A stretch of DNA of 64,000 bases from Nemertoderma westbladi (Eukaryota > Animalia > Xenacoelomorpha): assembly GCA_032718475.1 (NCBI GenBank), contig JAUCBJ010002429.1, positions 77,503-141,502 on the forward strand, given 5' to 3'. Position numbers and translations under genes: made by a program. Below the pieces are notes generated by a model. It saw only the letters and a list, made by a program, of their open reading frames with translations, was not told the DNA's origin and ran no database searches. This document shows positions 20,901 through 33,000 of this stretch, one piece after another. Position 1 is the first letter of the stretch; each line of letters starts with the position of its first letter.

Positions 20901-23107
20901 TATACGCTACAGCCATCGGCCGGAATGTAACAGAACAGATCGACTATCCCCTGGAGAAAACTGTCTATTGGACCGACGCTTTACTCGTGTTGGAGTATAT
21001 AACCAATGAAGTCTGTCAGTTCAGCGTCTTCGTTACCAACAGAGTAGCTATTATACTCAGTCGCACGACGATGGATCAATGGAGACATTGCCCCGGAACG
21101 ATTAATCCAGCAGACATCGCTTCCAGGGGAGCAACTCCACAAGAACTGGTAGATACTCCAGACTGGTTAGGTGGACCCGACTTCCTCTACCAAGAAGAAG
21201 AAGAATGGCCTCCTCATCTTACTACAGCAGAAATTAGACAGGCCAAGGGAGCGGAGAAAGTCAAACCTAAAACTCAGGCGAGTAAATCGTAGTTATTCAA
21301 ACCCACAGTAGATCTGTCTGTACTACATACTTCCGGAGACGACGCTTTGGATCAGAAACCCACAGCCACAAATAAACCCATTGTGGAAATCCGTGATAAA
21401 GATTGGAAATCTGGCATACCAGACGTCTCGCAAGGACTCTCACCTCTTCTGCAGAGAGCGATGCATCACTACAGTTCCTGGAATCGGCTTTGTAAGGCCG
21501 TTACATATTTAAAGAGATGTTTTCACCATCACTACTCTGGGATGAAAACAAAGGGTGATACCGCTCCAATCACATCAGTGCAGGTCCATGTTATTAAAGA
21601 CCTTCCCAAATATAAGGTACCCGACAAGTTTCTGAAGGAGAAGATCAGTTATCAGGAGCATGAAGAAACCAACAAACAGATGCTGAGACTCTTACAATGC
21701 TATGAAGATTCCGATAAGTATTTCCTGTTGTTGAGAAATCCACAGATGCGCTTAAGGGATCGCTTCTCTAGCACAATGATAGATGGGTTGATACGTGTTG
21801 GAGGAAGATTAACGAACGCCCCAGTATCCTTTGACACTAAGTTCCCCATACTCATTAGAAATCTTGAAATACAAGTCAAGATGATTGTAGATGTTCACAG
21901 CAAACTTTATCATGCTGGTAGAGAACGAGTTCTTAGCGAAATTCGAACTCGCTATTATTTTTATAAACCCCGTAGAGCTCTGAACCAAGTTCTTAGGAAC
22001 TGTATACCCTGTAGGAAATCATTCAGTAGGCCTTTAACACAGAGAGAGGCATAATTACCTAGGGAACGAGTAAGCTTTTATGAACCACCCTTTACTAATA
22101 CCGGTGTGGATTTATTTGGCCCTATTGAAGTATATCGTGCTAGGACTATAGTCAAGAGATGGTGTGTAATCTTTGTTTGTATGACTTGTAGAGCCATCCA
22201 TCTCGATATGGTGAACGATTTATCTACCAACAGCTTTCTATTAAGCTTATGACGACAGATCGCTCGCTTTGGCACTAGTAACACGATGAGATCTGATAAG
22301 GGAACAAACTTCATTGGTGCCAACAATGAAATCAAAGCTTACGTCAAAGATTGGAACCAAAGACAGGTGGACGACCAACTACGAGTAACAGCGTCTAGTT
22401 GGACCTTCAACGCCGCCGACACCCCTTGGTGGGGAGGAAGTTGGGAGAGATTAATAAGAAGTGTGAAGACAGCATTTCATTTTATAGTGCCTTGCCGCGC
22501 TTATCTCACCGACGAACTTTTGCGGACGTTGATGGAAGAAATCGCCGCCTATCTCAACGAGAGACCGCTTATGCCAGTCTCATCGAGTCCCGATTCCCTG
22601 GAAGCGCTAACACCCGCGCACTTCCTACTGAAGAAACCTGTAGCCATGCTCCCACAATCGGAAATCACAGACGGAGACGAATACTGCCGACAAACTTGGC
22701 AACTCATGCAGTTGTTATCCCGTCGTTTCGCTGACCATTTCGAAAAACATTATCTGCCCACGCTACAACTTCGAACTAAGTGGTTTGCGCAGCAAGAAAA
22801 CGTCAGCGCTGGAGACATGGTTCTTATTGTGGATGTGGATCTTCCACGTAAGCGGTGGCAGACAGGTCGTATAATCGAGACGCACATCTCGGATGACGGT
22901 TTGGTGCGATCGGTAGAACTCGTCGTCATGCGACGTAACTTCAAGAAACCGGGAATTGTCTTCGAGACGCAGCAGCTCAATCGCCCAGTCGGTCGTTTAT
23001 GTTTACTGGAAAGAGACAGAGAACTCTCCGGAAACTATGGGAGACAAGATACTCTTCCCACGACCATCTCCCTAATCCAACAAATATCTAGGGACTCCCC
23101 AACTTAA
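14981..23107 (+). pseudogene. pol: Element B gag-pol polyprotein in one frame with three in-frame stops (21290 TAG, 22052 TAA, 22250 TGA)
   Basis: Three BEL zinc knuckles CALCDGTH/CYNCLRQGH/CAKCGAKHHILLH; LLDSGS; SDIEGMF, IYMDD; FGDASD; NPADIASRG; HAG...CIPC; GVDLFGP, RSDKGTNF, WERLI; ORF pieces 14981, 21347 and 22286 share one frame. Confidence 0.95.
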
Positions 23108-23662
23108 CAACGGCTGGAGTGGGTGTGTGACCATATTATTTATATTTGTATTTGTTTTATTTTTATATTTATGTATGTATTATTATGTAATTTTATTTTA
23201 ATCGTTTTATTTAATTTTATTTAGTAACATGTTATTTTAGCGAGTATTTAGTAGATTAGTGCAATATATATTCGCGTTTATTATTTAATTATGTATATAT
23301 TATATATTTAGTGCGACGGCGAGAAATAATTCTTTTTCTCCTTCCTTACTGTCCGTATTATATTATAAATACGTGGCTACAGTAAGAGGAAATGTCCGTA
23401 CTTATTAAAGTACAATAAAGCCACTACTATATTCAAGTATTATTGGTAGGCAGAGTATTAGGAATGCAAAGTTCAGATCCTCGTGTCTCGGCTAAACCAA
23501 GCTCTGGGTAGACCTTGGAAACGACTTGCCTCTTCACACTGACATTGCTTCGTGCGATATTGCTCTCATACCGTATATTAAATAATACATATAGTAGCGT
23601 GATGTCCCTTTAACAGTAGCGTATAACGCAAAATAAATCTGTTAAACCCTTTGACCATATGT

Positions 23663-23960
23663 AATTCTAGTCGATTAAGATATCGCGGCACCCACCGATA
23701 TACTTGAAAGACAAATTTCTAGAATCAATGGTTAACGTCCCCAGACAAGTTCTGGAATAAACTGGTGCCCATCCTAAATATTAATTATTAATATTTACAA
23801 AATCTGTCAAATATCAGATCCTTTAAAATTCTAGTCGATTAAGATATCGTAGCACTTACCGATACTCTTAAAAGGACAAAATTCCTAGAATCAAGGATCC
23901 CAGTCCCCAGACACGTTCTGGAATAAAATTGTGTCTATTTTAATATTAAATAATAAAATT
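23663..23960. repeat. Two-copy tandem duplication (about 164 bp) in the element B pol-ORF2 spacer
   Basis: AATTCTAGTCGATTAAGATATCG...CCCAGACA.GTTCTGGAATAAA at 23663 and 23827. Confidence 0.85.
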
Positions 23961-24750
23961 TACGGGAATAAATTTAAATTCATATATTTCAATGAATTTA
24001 ATAAATTGTCATTTTATACAATTTATAACATTCCCAAAATTCCATTAATTAATAGATCATGGGAGCGGAGATTCACTCTATTAAGTGTATTTGTGTGCGA
24101 GAATCTCCAATGTATAGTCAATAGCCAATAAAATTCATAGAATCATGTATAAAGGGGATATTGACCATTAAAGAATTACTATTAAATAGCATCCCAGATC
24201 TGTATGCATGAGAATTACCCTAATTCTACCGCTAGCTTTCCATAATGTCACCATGGCAACAACCACGCTAGAATTAGAAGTGAGTTAAAAGAACAATAGA
24301 AAGCATGCCCCATTGAATAGCATAGGGAATAAATAGCGCACTGCTAGTATCCAAGGATACATAATAAATACAGTGACATTCTGGAAGGTACTGACTAACG
24401 GACAAATGGCCCGAATGTGTGCAGTTTGTTGCAGTTGTGTTGAATTTGTGTGTTTGTAGGTGAATGTTACTACTAAGGTGTGTTTACAGTAGCGAGTCGC
24501 AATTGTGAAAGTAACCCTAACTCTCCAAGAAGAACCTGCAGTACATCTAAGCCTTTGGGACGGACAGTTAAGTGACTTGTGCCGGTTATCGTTGTCGTTG
24601 TGTAGCTACATCGTTGGCGAAAGCACAGCGACGACGGTACATCGGCGCTGAGGATCTTACACTGTCCGGGGGCAAAAGAGGGGTAGGCAGCGACGCCCGC
24701 TAGCCTAATATATATAGACTCATTATAATATTGATAAACTCATAGCAGAT

Positions 24751-27700
24751 ATGACTGAGTTGATAGAAGATGATCTTGGCATCAGGGAGCGATATACTCT
24801 ACCTTTACAAGCGTTTGTCGATAGCTTGATACGCGGCGACGCTGGTCCAACTACTACGGAGGATGATGGTCGTTATATCGAACCGCCAATGTCCCCGGAG
24901 CAACTTACGCGTGAATTGGACTATAGAAAGTTCACCGCTCGCTATACGCATCGTAATGGTACGTATATGGACTTCTTAACTACCGGCCACCCTATCGATT
25001 TACACGATACGGACGATGTGGATACCGAAAGGGAAATGGTTTTATTTAAATATCATACCCAACGGAATCGGAACGATAAGCCAAGAATAGAACACGAGAA
25101 CTCTATTCGAAACCGACTCGAAAGAGAAGACGTTGAAGAACCGGATAAACGCAACGACTTCAACGATTATCTGGAATTCTTGAGAGAAACATACCTCAAT
25201 ATTGCCAGTCAACAAAATCTCGAAACTCGATATCCTCAAGGTATACATCATGATCCTATGATAGAACTCAAACGACTCTATTTCACTATGATGTATCTTA
25301 CCGCCGATCGACCGCTACCTGTTGTCCCAGATAGCTTCGAACAGATGGAGGAATATTGTAAAACTGGAGAACGATCACCCGCGTTTCCTCTGCAGGACAT
25401 GCGTCTTTGGTATTACTGTGACGAATGCCCTAGACCCAATCAGCAAACGGAAAGACATAAACATCCGCGGAGACGTTGCGCTAAACACAGTTTTACACGA
25501 TATACTTACGGGAGTTTCGAGCGAAACCTGTTCGACGTGTCCCCTGCGGTCGCTCGACTCAAGCGATCCTTGAACAAACCGATGATCAGAGTTCCGGAAT
25601 ACTCGGTCAGACCTCCGCATTCCTTAGTCAGACCTCAAACTCTTGACCCTAATAGTATCACGGATCCTCCCGAACTGTACTCACTGTTCAAAGATCTAGT
25701 GTTACCCGAACAGTTGATCGGTGGCACTCCAGTAGTAGGCTCACGGGACATTCGCCAACCCTACCTAGCTGGATTGGGACGTGGTCATCTAATATCGCCG
25801 TTTAACCCATACAACCGTCCCGGCTTCACCTCTATCCAACCCGTTACGGAAGTCGAAGAGAGCGTCGTACGAAACGCATTAGACGCTATTCGGCAGAAAA
25901 TCGGAAAGGGAACGTACGATTGTTTGGAGAAGCGTAAATTGCAGCAACAAGTCCAAGCGGTGAAGGAATTAGCTTTACCCCAGTTCGATAGAGAAATACA
26001 AAATCTCGAGGAGGACATCGAACGTGGACGAACCTACTCTTTACAAGAGTTTCTAGATGAGCGTCTACAACAACAAGCGGAGGAGAATCAGCTCGAGGAG
26101 AGACATATAGAACTGGATGAGAGAGAAGAAGCGGCTTTAGCTCAACCCGAAGCGCAAATCCTTATGACGGATCTCTACTCTAAAACCATTCTTCATCCCT
26201 CGATGGTTCCCCATTTCGGAGACAAACTTTTTGCGACGGCACAACCCCAACCGGTTGATATCAACCTAAGATCTCGCGATCTTATCGCCGACGCTCCTCT
26301 GTTGCAGCGTCCGCCCATCGAATCCGCTCGTGTCGATGGTATACTCGTTGAACCTCCGGACAATAGAGCAGATCTTGTCCGTCGCATGGTACACGATGTA
26401 AACATACGCGCTAGACCTTTACCGGACTCGTTTTATGGGATCAAAGATCACCCTTATTACGTCAATCTAAAACAATATTACATGGTAAAACCGGAAGATC
26501 CTACACATAGTCTGAAGTTTCTACCGTTAATAAATCCTCTCGATCTTGTCGAACTCGAACAACTGCAGAAACATCTGGATCAGTTAGTTAAAGTAAACTC
26601 GTTTCGAAAACCATATAATGTTTCCAGAATAGAGAAAGAAACAATACCTCCGTATAATCTTGATGGATTCATCAAAACTCGTTTAGTGCACTGGAATCTT
26701 GATGTGTTATTCGAGGAGGAAAGAATACAACGATATGGAGATGTGGAAACATATACCACACAATATTTAAAGTATAAAGACCTGCCTAATGCTAGCGAAT
26801 GCGCTACCTTGTGGCATCCTGTGGGAATGACACTAGAAAACGCCACAAAAGAGTGGAACGAAACTCTTAACGTTATCGAGATGTATGGAGTTGTCACTTA
26901 CGATAACGAAGGTAGCGTTCCGGTTGGAGAACTTGGAACTACGCGGATGATACACATACGAGGACTCGCTGGTTCTACCCACGTATTTACTCGAGCGTGT
27001 TCCGACGTTATTGATTATTCTTTTGAAACTCTTACTGAGACACAAAAGAAACTCCGACATGGACAATTTGAACTCGCGCAGCGTTACGTCACCGACACCG
27101 AGCGCAAGCCGGCCATGGGTATCGATGGATCGATCTTACCCCAACCCGTGCTCGAGATGCTGTTTAACGAAGGAATCCTTAAAATCGGCTCAGCTGTTTA
27201 TGGAGACCTACAGAACGACTTTCGGAATATGGAGAACATTCCATACCCCTTCGTTGATACTCAGCTGATTGCTCCTTGGGCAGAAGGCCAAGGTTTCTTC
27301 CGCACTATGTATGCCAATACACCCAGCGGAATTACTAAAGTACAACGAACCTCCATCGGACATCTTGCCTTTCAAGAATACGGATGGAATTTCAAGGTTG
27401 GAAATCCTATAAATTACCAACAAGTATACGGAGATCATTATTCTCGTTTATACTTTGATGGACCATTGACCGCACCTGGCGCCGTGTATAGCTTTATGAG
27501 TGTTCCACTTCGTCCCTCCTTAGCTATATACACGATCTTTGAAAACGCAGCACTTGCCGGTTGGCTAGCCGATGTGTGCAGTCGTACCATACGCGCCCAT
27601 CCCTTAATACTCGGAACCAAACTCGCCAAGTTAGATGAACACAATAAATTCATCCGCTTTGAATGTTTCAGGCGCTTTCTGACTCCGTTCCGTAACGTTG

Positions 27701-28994
27701 ATAGTCAGTTCAAGGACCGCGCTCTGACCAAACTCAGCCTGAGAGACTCAGCGGCGGAGAAGCTAAACAGCGCGGGATTTGCCCTTTTTCAGGACGTTTG
27801 TATACAGAACTTGCATTCATCTGTTATACAAAGACCCCGAATACCCACGGGTTATTCTGTCGTCGAAGTTCAGACAATGGGTCCGCTTGCGGAGACCGCC
27901 GCACCTACCTCAGCTATGCAATTGGAAGACGAACCAATATGCTTAGAAGCTGAAGCGATTCAACCTACAGCGCCCCGGAGCAGCGATAATGACTACGTCT
28001 TAGAGTGGTTTCAAGGTCCACAATGTCTCACCGCATACGATTATCGACACGCTAACTATGTTTCTCGAAAACTTTGTCGATTATGCGCATCGAGAGACCA
28101 TTTCACCCCTATGGACTCAGACATACCCTGCTCCTATTTCCACGAACAACCAATGATGGAGATATATTGTGCGTATTGCAGACTTAATAACTCTCATATT
28201 TTTGCAGTCTGCCCCCAATTTATGACTCAATGCCACCACTGTCAACTTAAAGGACATGCCAGTTATAATTGCCCCTTTAATCACGATTTAGAGAGCGTAG
28301 ATGAAATGATTACCCTGCGCTACATCCGAGCTTGGGAAGCTAACGCGGATTTACATTGTGAGTCCCGTCATCGATACTACCCTGGACGCTCTTACGAGGG
28401 AGGGATCCTTATTTATTAGCGTCTGTGGAACAAAAAACACGCATACCGAGTTACGAGCTAATGAAGCGTGTTGGTGAGTGTATTTCCACCAAATTTGTTC
28501 GAAGATATCTTAGGAACGTCAATCCTAACGATATTACTTCATACCATTTGATCAATTATATCCGTCAAGACCCTGAGTATGGCGATTTATTTATCAACTC
28601 GCACCCTGAGTTACAGGAAGTATCTCGACGGCCCTACGAATATCGAGCCCGAGAACGCGAGCTGGAAAGAACTATTAAACCAAGGAAGTTTCTCACCACT
28701 CACGGTCCACCTACCGCCGTTGTCCAGACGACCCGTCAAGGACCAGTAGGAGCTGCTGTCCTAAGACGCGCCTTAAAGGCCGTTAGACCTCGCTCCGCTG
28801 AAGTTGATATCGATCAACCAGGTACCTCGACCGGCGGATACACCGATCGCAATCCGAAACCTTCTGATGCAATTGTATTGCACCCTTCACTCAGGAGTTA
28901 CAGCCCTCCTAGTAAAGTGGCTCGCCCCAAAGAGAAAAGGACTCTTACTAGCCTCAAAAAACTGCGTAAACGCCGTCCACGTAAGAAAGACTAA
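24751..28994 (+). CDS. Element B accessory ORF (about 1400 aa, frameshift near 28400-28420): DEDDy-type 3'-5' exonuclease, CCHC zinc knuckles and basic tail
   Basis: ExoI VVTYDNEG, ILPQPVLEML, ExoII LKIGSAVYGDL, FVDTQ, ExoIII AIYTIFEN; CRLCASRDH, CAYCRLNNSHIFAVC, CHHCQLKGHASYNC; the homologue at 38434 reads through the junction between the 24751 and 28425 ORFs. Confidence 0.8.
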
Positions 28995-29072
28995 CTGTTT
29001 AGAGTATTTTTATATTTTAGAAACTGTGATTTGTTATATTTTATAGACTTAAATCCCATTTTCTGGGAGCGG

Positions 29073-30226
29073 TGTAAAAGCTTTTGCGTAATTAACCGGT
29101 TATTTTCCCTTAAAGTACTCTGTAGTTGGTTTACCAGGCATAAAAAGGCCGTGTCCTTACTGTACTGGTGTTTTAGAGGACATAAAAGTCATTTCTTCTG
29201 TATTTGTACTTTAGAGGACATAATCCGCAATCTCGTGACGCGATAAGCTAGATACTCTTGAAAACAGTGTCGCTACCATGACGACGGCTAACAGCTGATA
29301 TTGCCACGTCGACATTTCTTTGTTTCTTTGTTCTCTCGTTGTTCGGTTGACCAATCAGAGCGTTTTTTGACTCTGTGTTGGAGTTGGATACAGAAACTCA
29401 GTAGTTCAGTGTTATTTTTTTGCCCAGAGCCTAAGAACATCGGCTTTTGGCACCTCCGTGTTTCAGTCTTTAGTTTAACATTAGTAGGCTTAATTATAGA
29501 ACGTATATCTGTTAACAAATCATACCAAACTTATCTTACTCAACAAACCTAATCATACCTTAACTTTACTGCTTTTACTGTCGGTTATTCATTATATTGG
29601 TTGATGAAATATTATATCGGAATACTGATCAATAGTCAGATACCCCACCTTCTTGATATACTAAAGGTTAGAGAGACCGGTTACAGATAAATGATTGCGA
29701 CCTATGTTAAGTGGTTTGAAGTGAATCTAATGCTATTTCATATGCCCGACATAAATTGTATGTTGCTCTCTTTATACGTGACCAAATTTAGTGAAGGTCG
29801 GCAGATTAGTGTGCAGTATTGTGCAGCATTGTGTATGATTGTAACTGATAACAAAGCATCTCCTAAAGAATGCGCCATATACGTGAATCTATAGCCTTTT
29901 CGTTGTGTCTAGTTTAAGTCATAACTCTGTTTACATATTTAGAGCGCCACGTCCTAAAGGAACTGTTAATATTTCCCGAAAGTGAATAATATTTGTCAGA
30001 GATTATATATTACGATCAGTCGAATAATACGGTAGGCTTACACCATCAATCATTAAGCTTCCGAATTCAGTCTCCCGGGTATATCCAGCGGGTGAATGAT
30101 TGCGCATAGACTGGCTTCGGCTAATGTAGTGTATCAAATACTCGTCATAAGCTAAAGAATATATATCATCTAAAAGACATCCTAATTTGGCAGGTTAAAC
30201 TGTCAAAGGTCTTAAAAGCGCAAACA
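29073..30226 (+). repeat. 3' LTR of element B
   Basis: TGTAAAAG...GCGCAAACA after a PPT; colinear with the TSD-flanked solo LTR 54136-55296. Confidence 0.9.
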
Positions 30227-30524
30227 AACGGGCATATTTTATTATTTTTATATTTCCAAAATCGTTTTGGTATTATATTCGCCATAGAGGTTAATAATTT
30301 AAGGATTTTTGATAATTAAAATTATATGGGGTCTTCTGTAGTTATTCTACTGTATTTGACAAAGTCATGTTTTATGGTCATAGCAACGGGAGTTTTCCTC
30401 CTAATACGGGAATAACTCTTGGGTTTCCCAAATTTTTTTAAATTGCGCAGTTCAGTCAAATTTTAAAATATGGGACGTATACCAAATCACTAAAATATAT
30501 TTGAATTTACTTTATGTCGACTTT

Positions 30525-31481
30525 ATTTTATACAGTACATAAAAGGTGAGTTTTACAGTGGCAATCAACTATGTTTATGTTTTTTCCATAGCAACGGTAA
30601 GTTTATCCTTAGCAACGGCGACGATTGTATAGTAATGACGAGTTTACCTTAGCAACGGATTGTTTTTATATGGTAAAAACTTCAAGATATCACTACCATA
30701 AGATCATCTGATAGAGATTTAGATGTATCTGCATTACAAGGAAATCGTGAAGAGGCAGACACTCGTATAATATTGCACTGCCTGAACATTGATGCAGATT
30801 CTATAGTGGTATCGTCTAGAGATACAGATGTTCTTGTGTTACTCATAGCCCACTACAGTGAAATGAAATGTGCCCAGGTATGGCTGAAGTCAGGGACTTC
30901 AAAGAAACCACGTTATATTCCAGTGCACAAAATTCATGAAAGATTATCTAGTGATATCATAATCACATTGCTGGCGTTCCACATATCACAGGATGTGATA
31001 GTGTATCACAACTGTTAGGACATAGCAATAAGACAGCTTGGAAAGTTTTTCTGGAAACCATCATCTGCTACAAAATATTGGAATCTCATGCACAGATGCC
31101 TGAAAATGCATTGTTTCATCAATACCTTGCGAAAACATAGCATAGCATAGCGTAAGCAGTATAAATAAAATTGCAAAAAATCTAGCTGTAATAGTTGGGG
31201 GGGGGGGGGGGGGGGGTTACAATATGCCTCATCTGTGATAAACTTACTGTTACTATGCACTAAACTCATTGTTGCTTTAGAAAACTCGTCACAAGGTGGT
31301 GTTACTGTACTGCTTGGGATTCCTTGAAAACTAGTTGTTACAATGTAAAAACAATCCGTTGCTAAGGTAAACTCGTCATTACTATACAATGTTGCTAAGG
31401 ATAAACTTACCGTTGCTATGGAATAAACAAACATAGTTGTTTGCCACTGTAAAACTCACCTTTTATGTACTGTATAAAATA
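30525..31481. mobile_element. DNA-transposon remnant with inverted repeats of about 150 bp
   Basis: 30525-30680 is the reverse complement of about 31335-31481 (TACAGTACATAAAAGGTGAGTTTTACAGTGGCA...); internal TAGCAACGG subrepeats. Confidence 0.75.
30710..31130 (+). pseudogene. Fragment of a PIN/FEN1-XPG-like (EEADT...DTDV...GCD) transposon-associated nuclease
   Basis: NREEADTRIILH, SRDTDVLVLL, YIPVH, then frameshifted TGCDSVS...KTAWKVF. Confidence 0.7.
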
Positions 31482-32265
31482 TGTCTTTGTTGTGAAAAGA
31501 CCGCTGTTACAATGAAAACACGTCGTTTCTAAGCTAAAGTAGCCGATGCTATGCAAAAATTATCATTGTTATTCAAAACATTCGGTAAATAATTGTCTTG
31601 GGTTATGAACATGTAAGGTAATTGACCCTAAATGGATTTCTTTTTAAACTGATAGTAACTATATGTAAAGTGATGAAACACTACACAAGGTTATTTTTTG
31701 CTAGTTTCCTTGCTAGTTGCTAGTTGGATAAATGTATTTGTTACTATAATAATTCCATGTTCTAGAACCGTTTATTTGTAGCAGTCCAGTTTTAAAATAA
31801 TACAGTCTGCATTTTGATTTATGGTCATTCTTATGGTATTACTACCGTCGTATGTGTACACCAAACGTTGGAAAACACTGCCGGTGTTTCACTGTGGAAC
31901 ATAAACTTTTCTTTTAACACAAGCTACAATATCTATTACTGGCAGGTAGTGTTTTTAATTTCACCGGTAGCTAAAATTTTCAAAATAACATTTAAACCAA
32001 TTCTTATAATTTTTAAGCGTTTTTCCTCACTTCTATATGGTGGCCCTTAGTGGCCAGTTTTGACATCTTTTTTTGCTTCCAAAAAAATAGATTAGGCCTA
32101 CCAAAAAACAAACTTTTGTTTTCCCGTGTTTTGTAAAGTCGTTCGAACGAGTTTGCAATAGTTGGGGTAACAACAAAAAAGATGCTTCATACTTATCCAT
32201 TCATCATTATACAATATCCAAGCCTTCAAGATGTTGTTTGTTTTGTTTTGAATGTATTACACATA

Positions 32266-32546
32266 GGTTCCACCTTGGTGTAGTGGTTGCATTGAATTCA
32301 CATCTCCTGTAGGTCGTGGGTTCGATCCTCACATGGGCCAGGGCAGTTTTCGTTTCGGCACGAATGCTTTAAAGGGACCAGCCAGGGCGCATCTCTGCCT
32401 TGCATCCTTAAGTGGTAGCTAAATGAGTACTAGAGTTTCCTCTGGGGAGTAAAGTTCTGGGGGGACCGCACTGGAAATAAGTCGTCAGACTTTGTGTGTA
32501 ATCCCTGGCCTAGTTGCCGAAGAAAATTTACTTTACTTTACTTTAT
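32266..32546 (+). mobile_element. tRNA-derived SINE with a Nin-type central domain
   Basis: A box TGGTGTAGTGG, B box GGTTCGATCC, core GCCTTGCATCCTTAAGTGGTAGCTAAATGAGTAC, (TTTAC)n tail. Confidence 0.8.
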
Positions 32547-33000
32547 ATTGTTATTGCTTAATATCCTTTTTATTAATTGTTTTTCTAGCTAATAAATAAT
32601 TACTGCATATTTATCACGACTCCGTAATTATTCCCGGATATTTACTGTATATTCAAAAACAATTTAAATATTTTTTAAAATATAATTGATTAATGTTTCT
32701 TATTATCTAGTAAAAAGTAAGTACATTCTATAATACAAATTTAATATTATCATTTGCTTCTTACTAACGTCTTACTGTTAGAAGGACAACTATGTTCTAA
32801 AAAAAACACTGGCATAATAAGGATTTTTGAAATTGTCAAATTTTGGTGTACACATGCAGCAGACATGATAGGGTAGTGATAAAATACTAATCACAACCCA
32901 TTGTTTGGTGACATAGTTCAAGATATAGATATCGATCTAACAATATCCATCAATATTCACTAGACTAATTGACACAAAATATCTCGACATCAAGGTGATC

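Larger units (their letters stand above)
14227..30226 (+). mobile_element. BEL/Pao LTR retrotransposon B; 5' LTR not in the window, and its leader probably continues in 1-537, interrupted by element A
   Basis: gag-pol, long spacer, accessory ORF, PPT GGGAGCGG and a 3' LTR homologous to the solo LTR at 54136-55296. Confidence 0.92.

Noticed and set aside
24610-24660. Hammerhead ribozyme or SECIS (CGAAA and CTGAGGA present)
   Set aside because: Stem II cannot be formed around the core motifs, and the helix geometry does not fit a SECIS
28160-28280. Nanos zinc finger
   Set aside because: Spacing CX2CX5HX4C / CX2CX4HX4C fits retroviral-type knuckles, not the longer Nanos CCHC spacing
32266-32340. 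tRNA genes (also 51710-51783 and 55765-55850)
   Set aside because: A and B boxes only, with no complete cloverleaf; the first two continue into SINE bodies and the third is too degenerate to call
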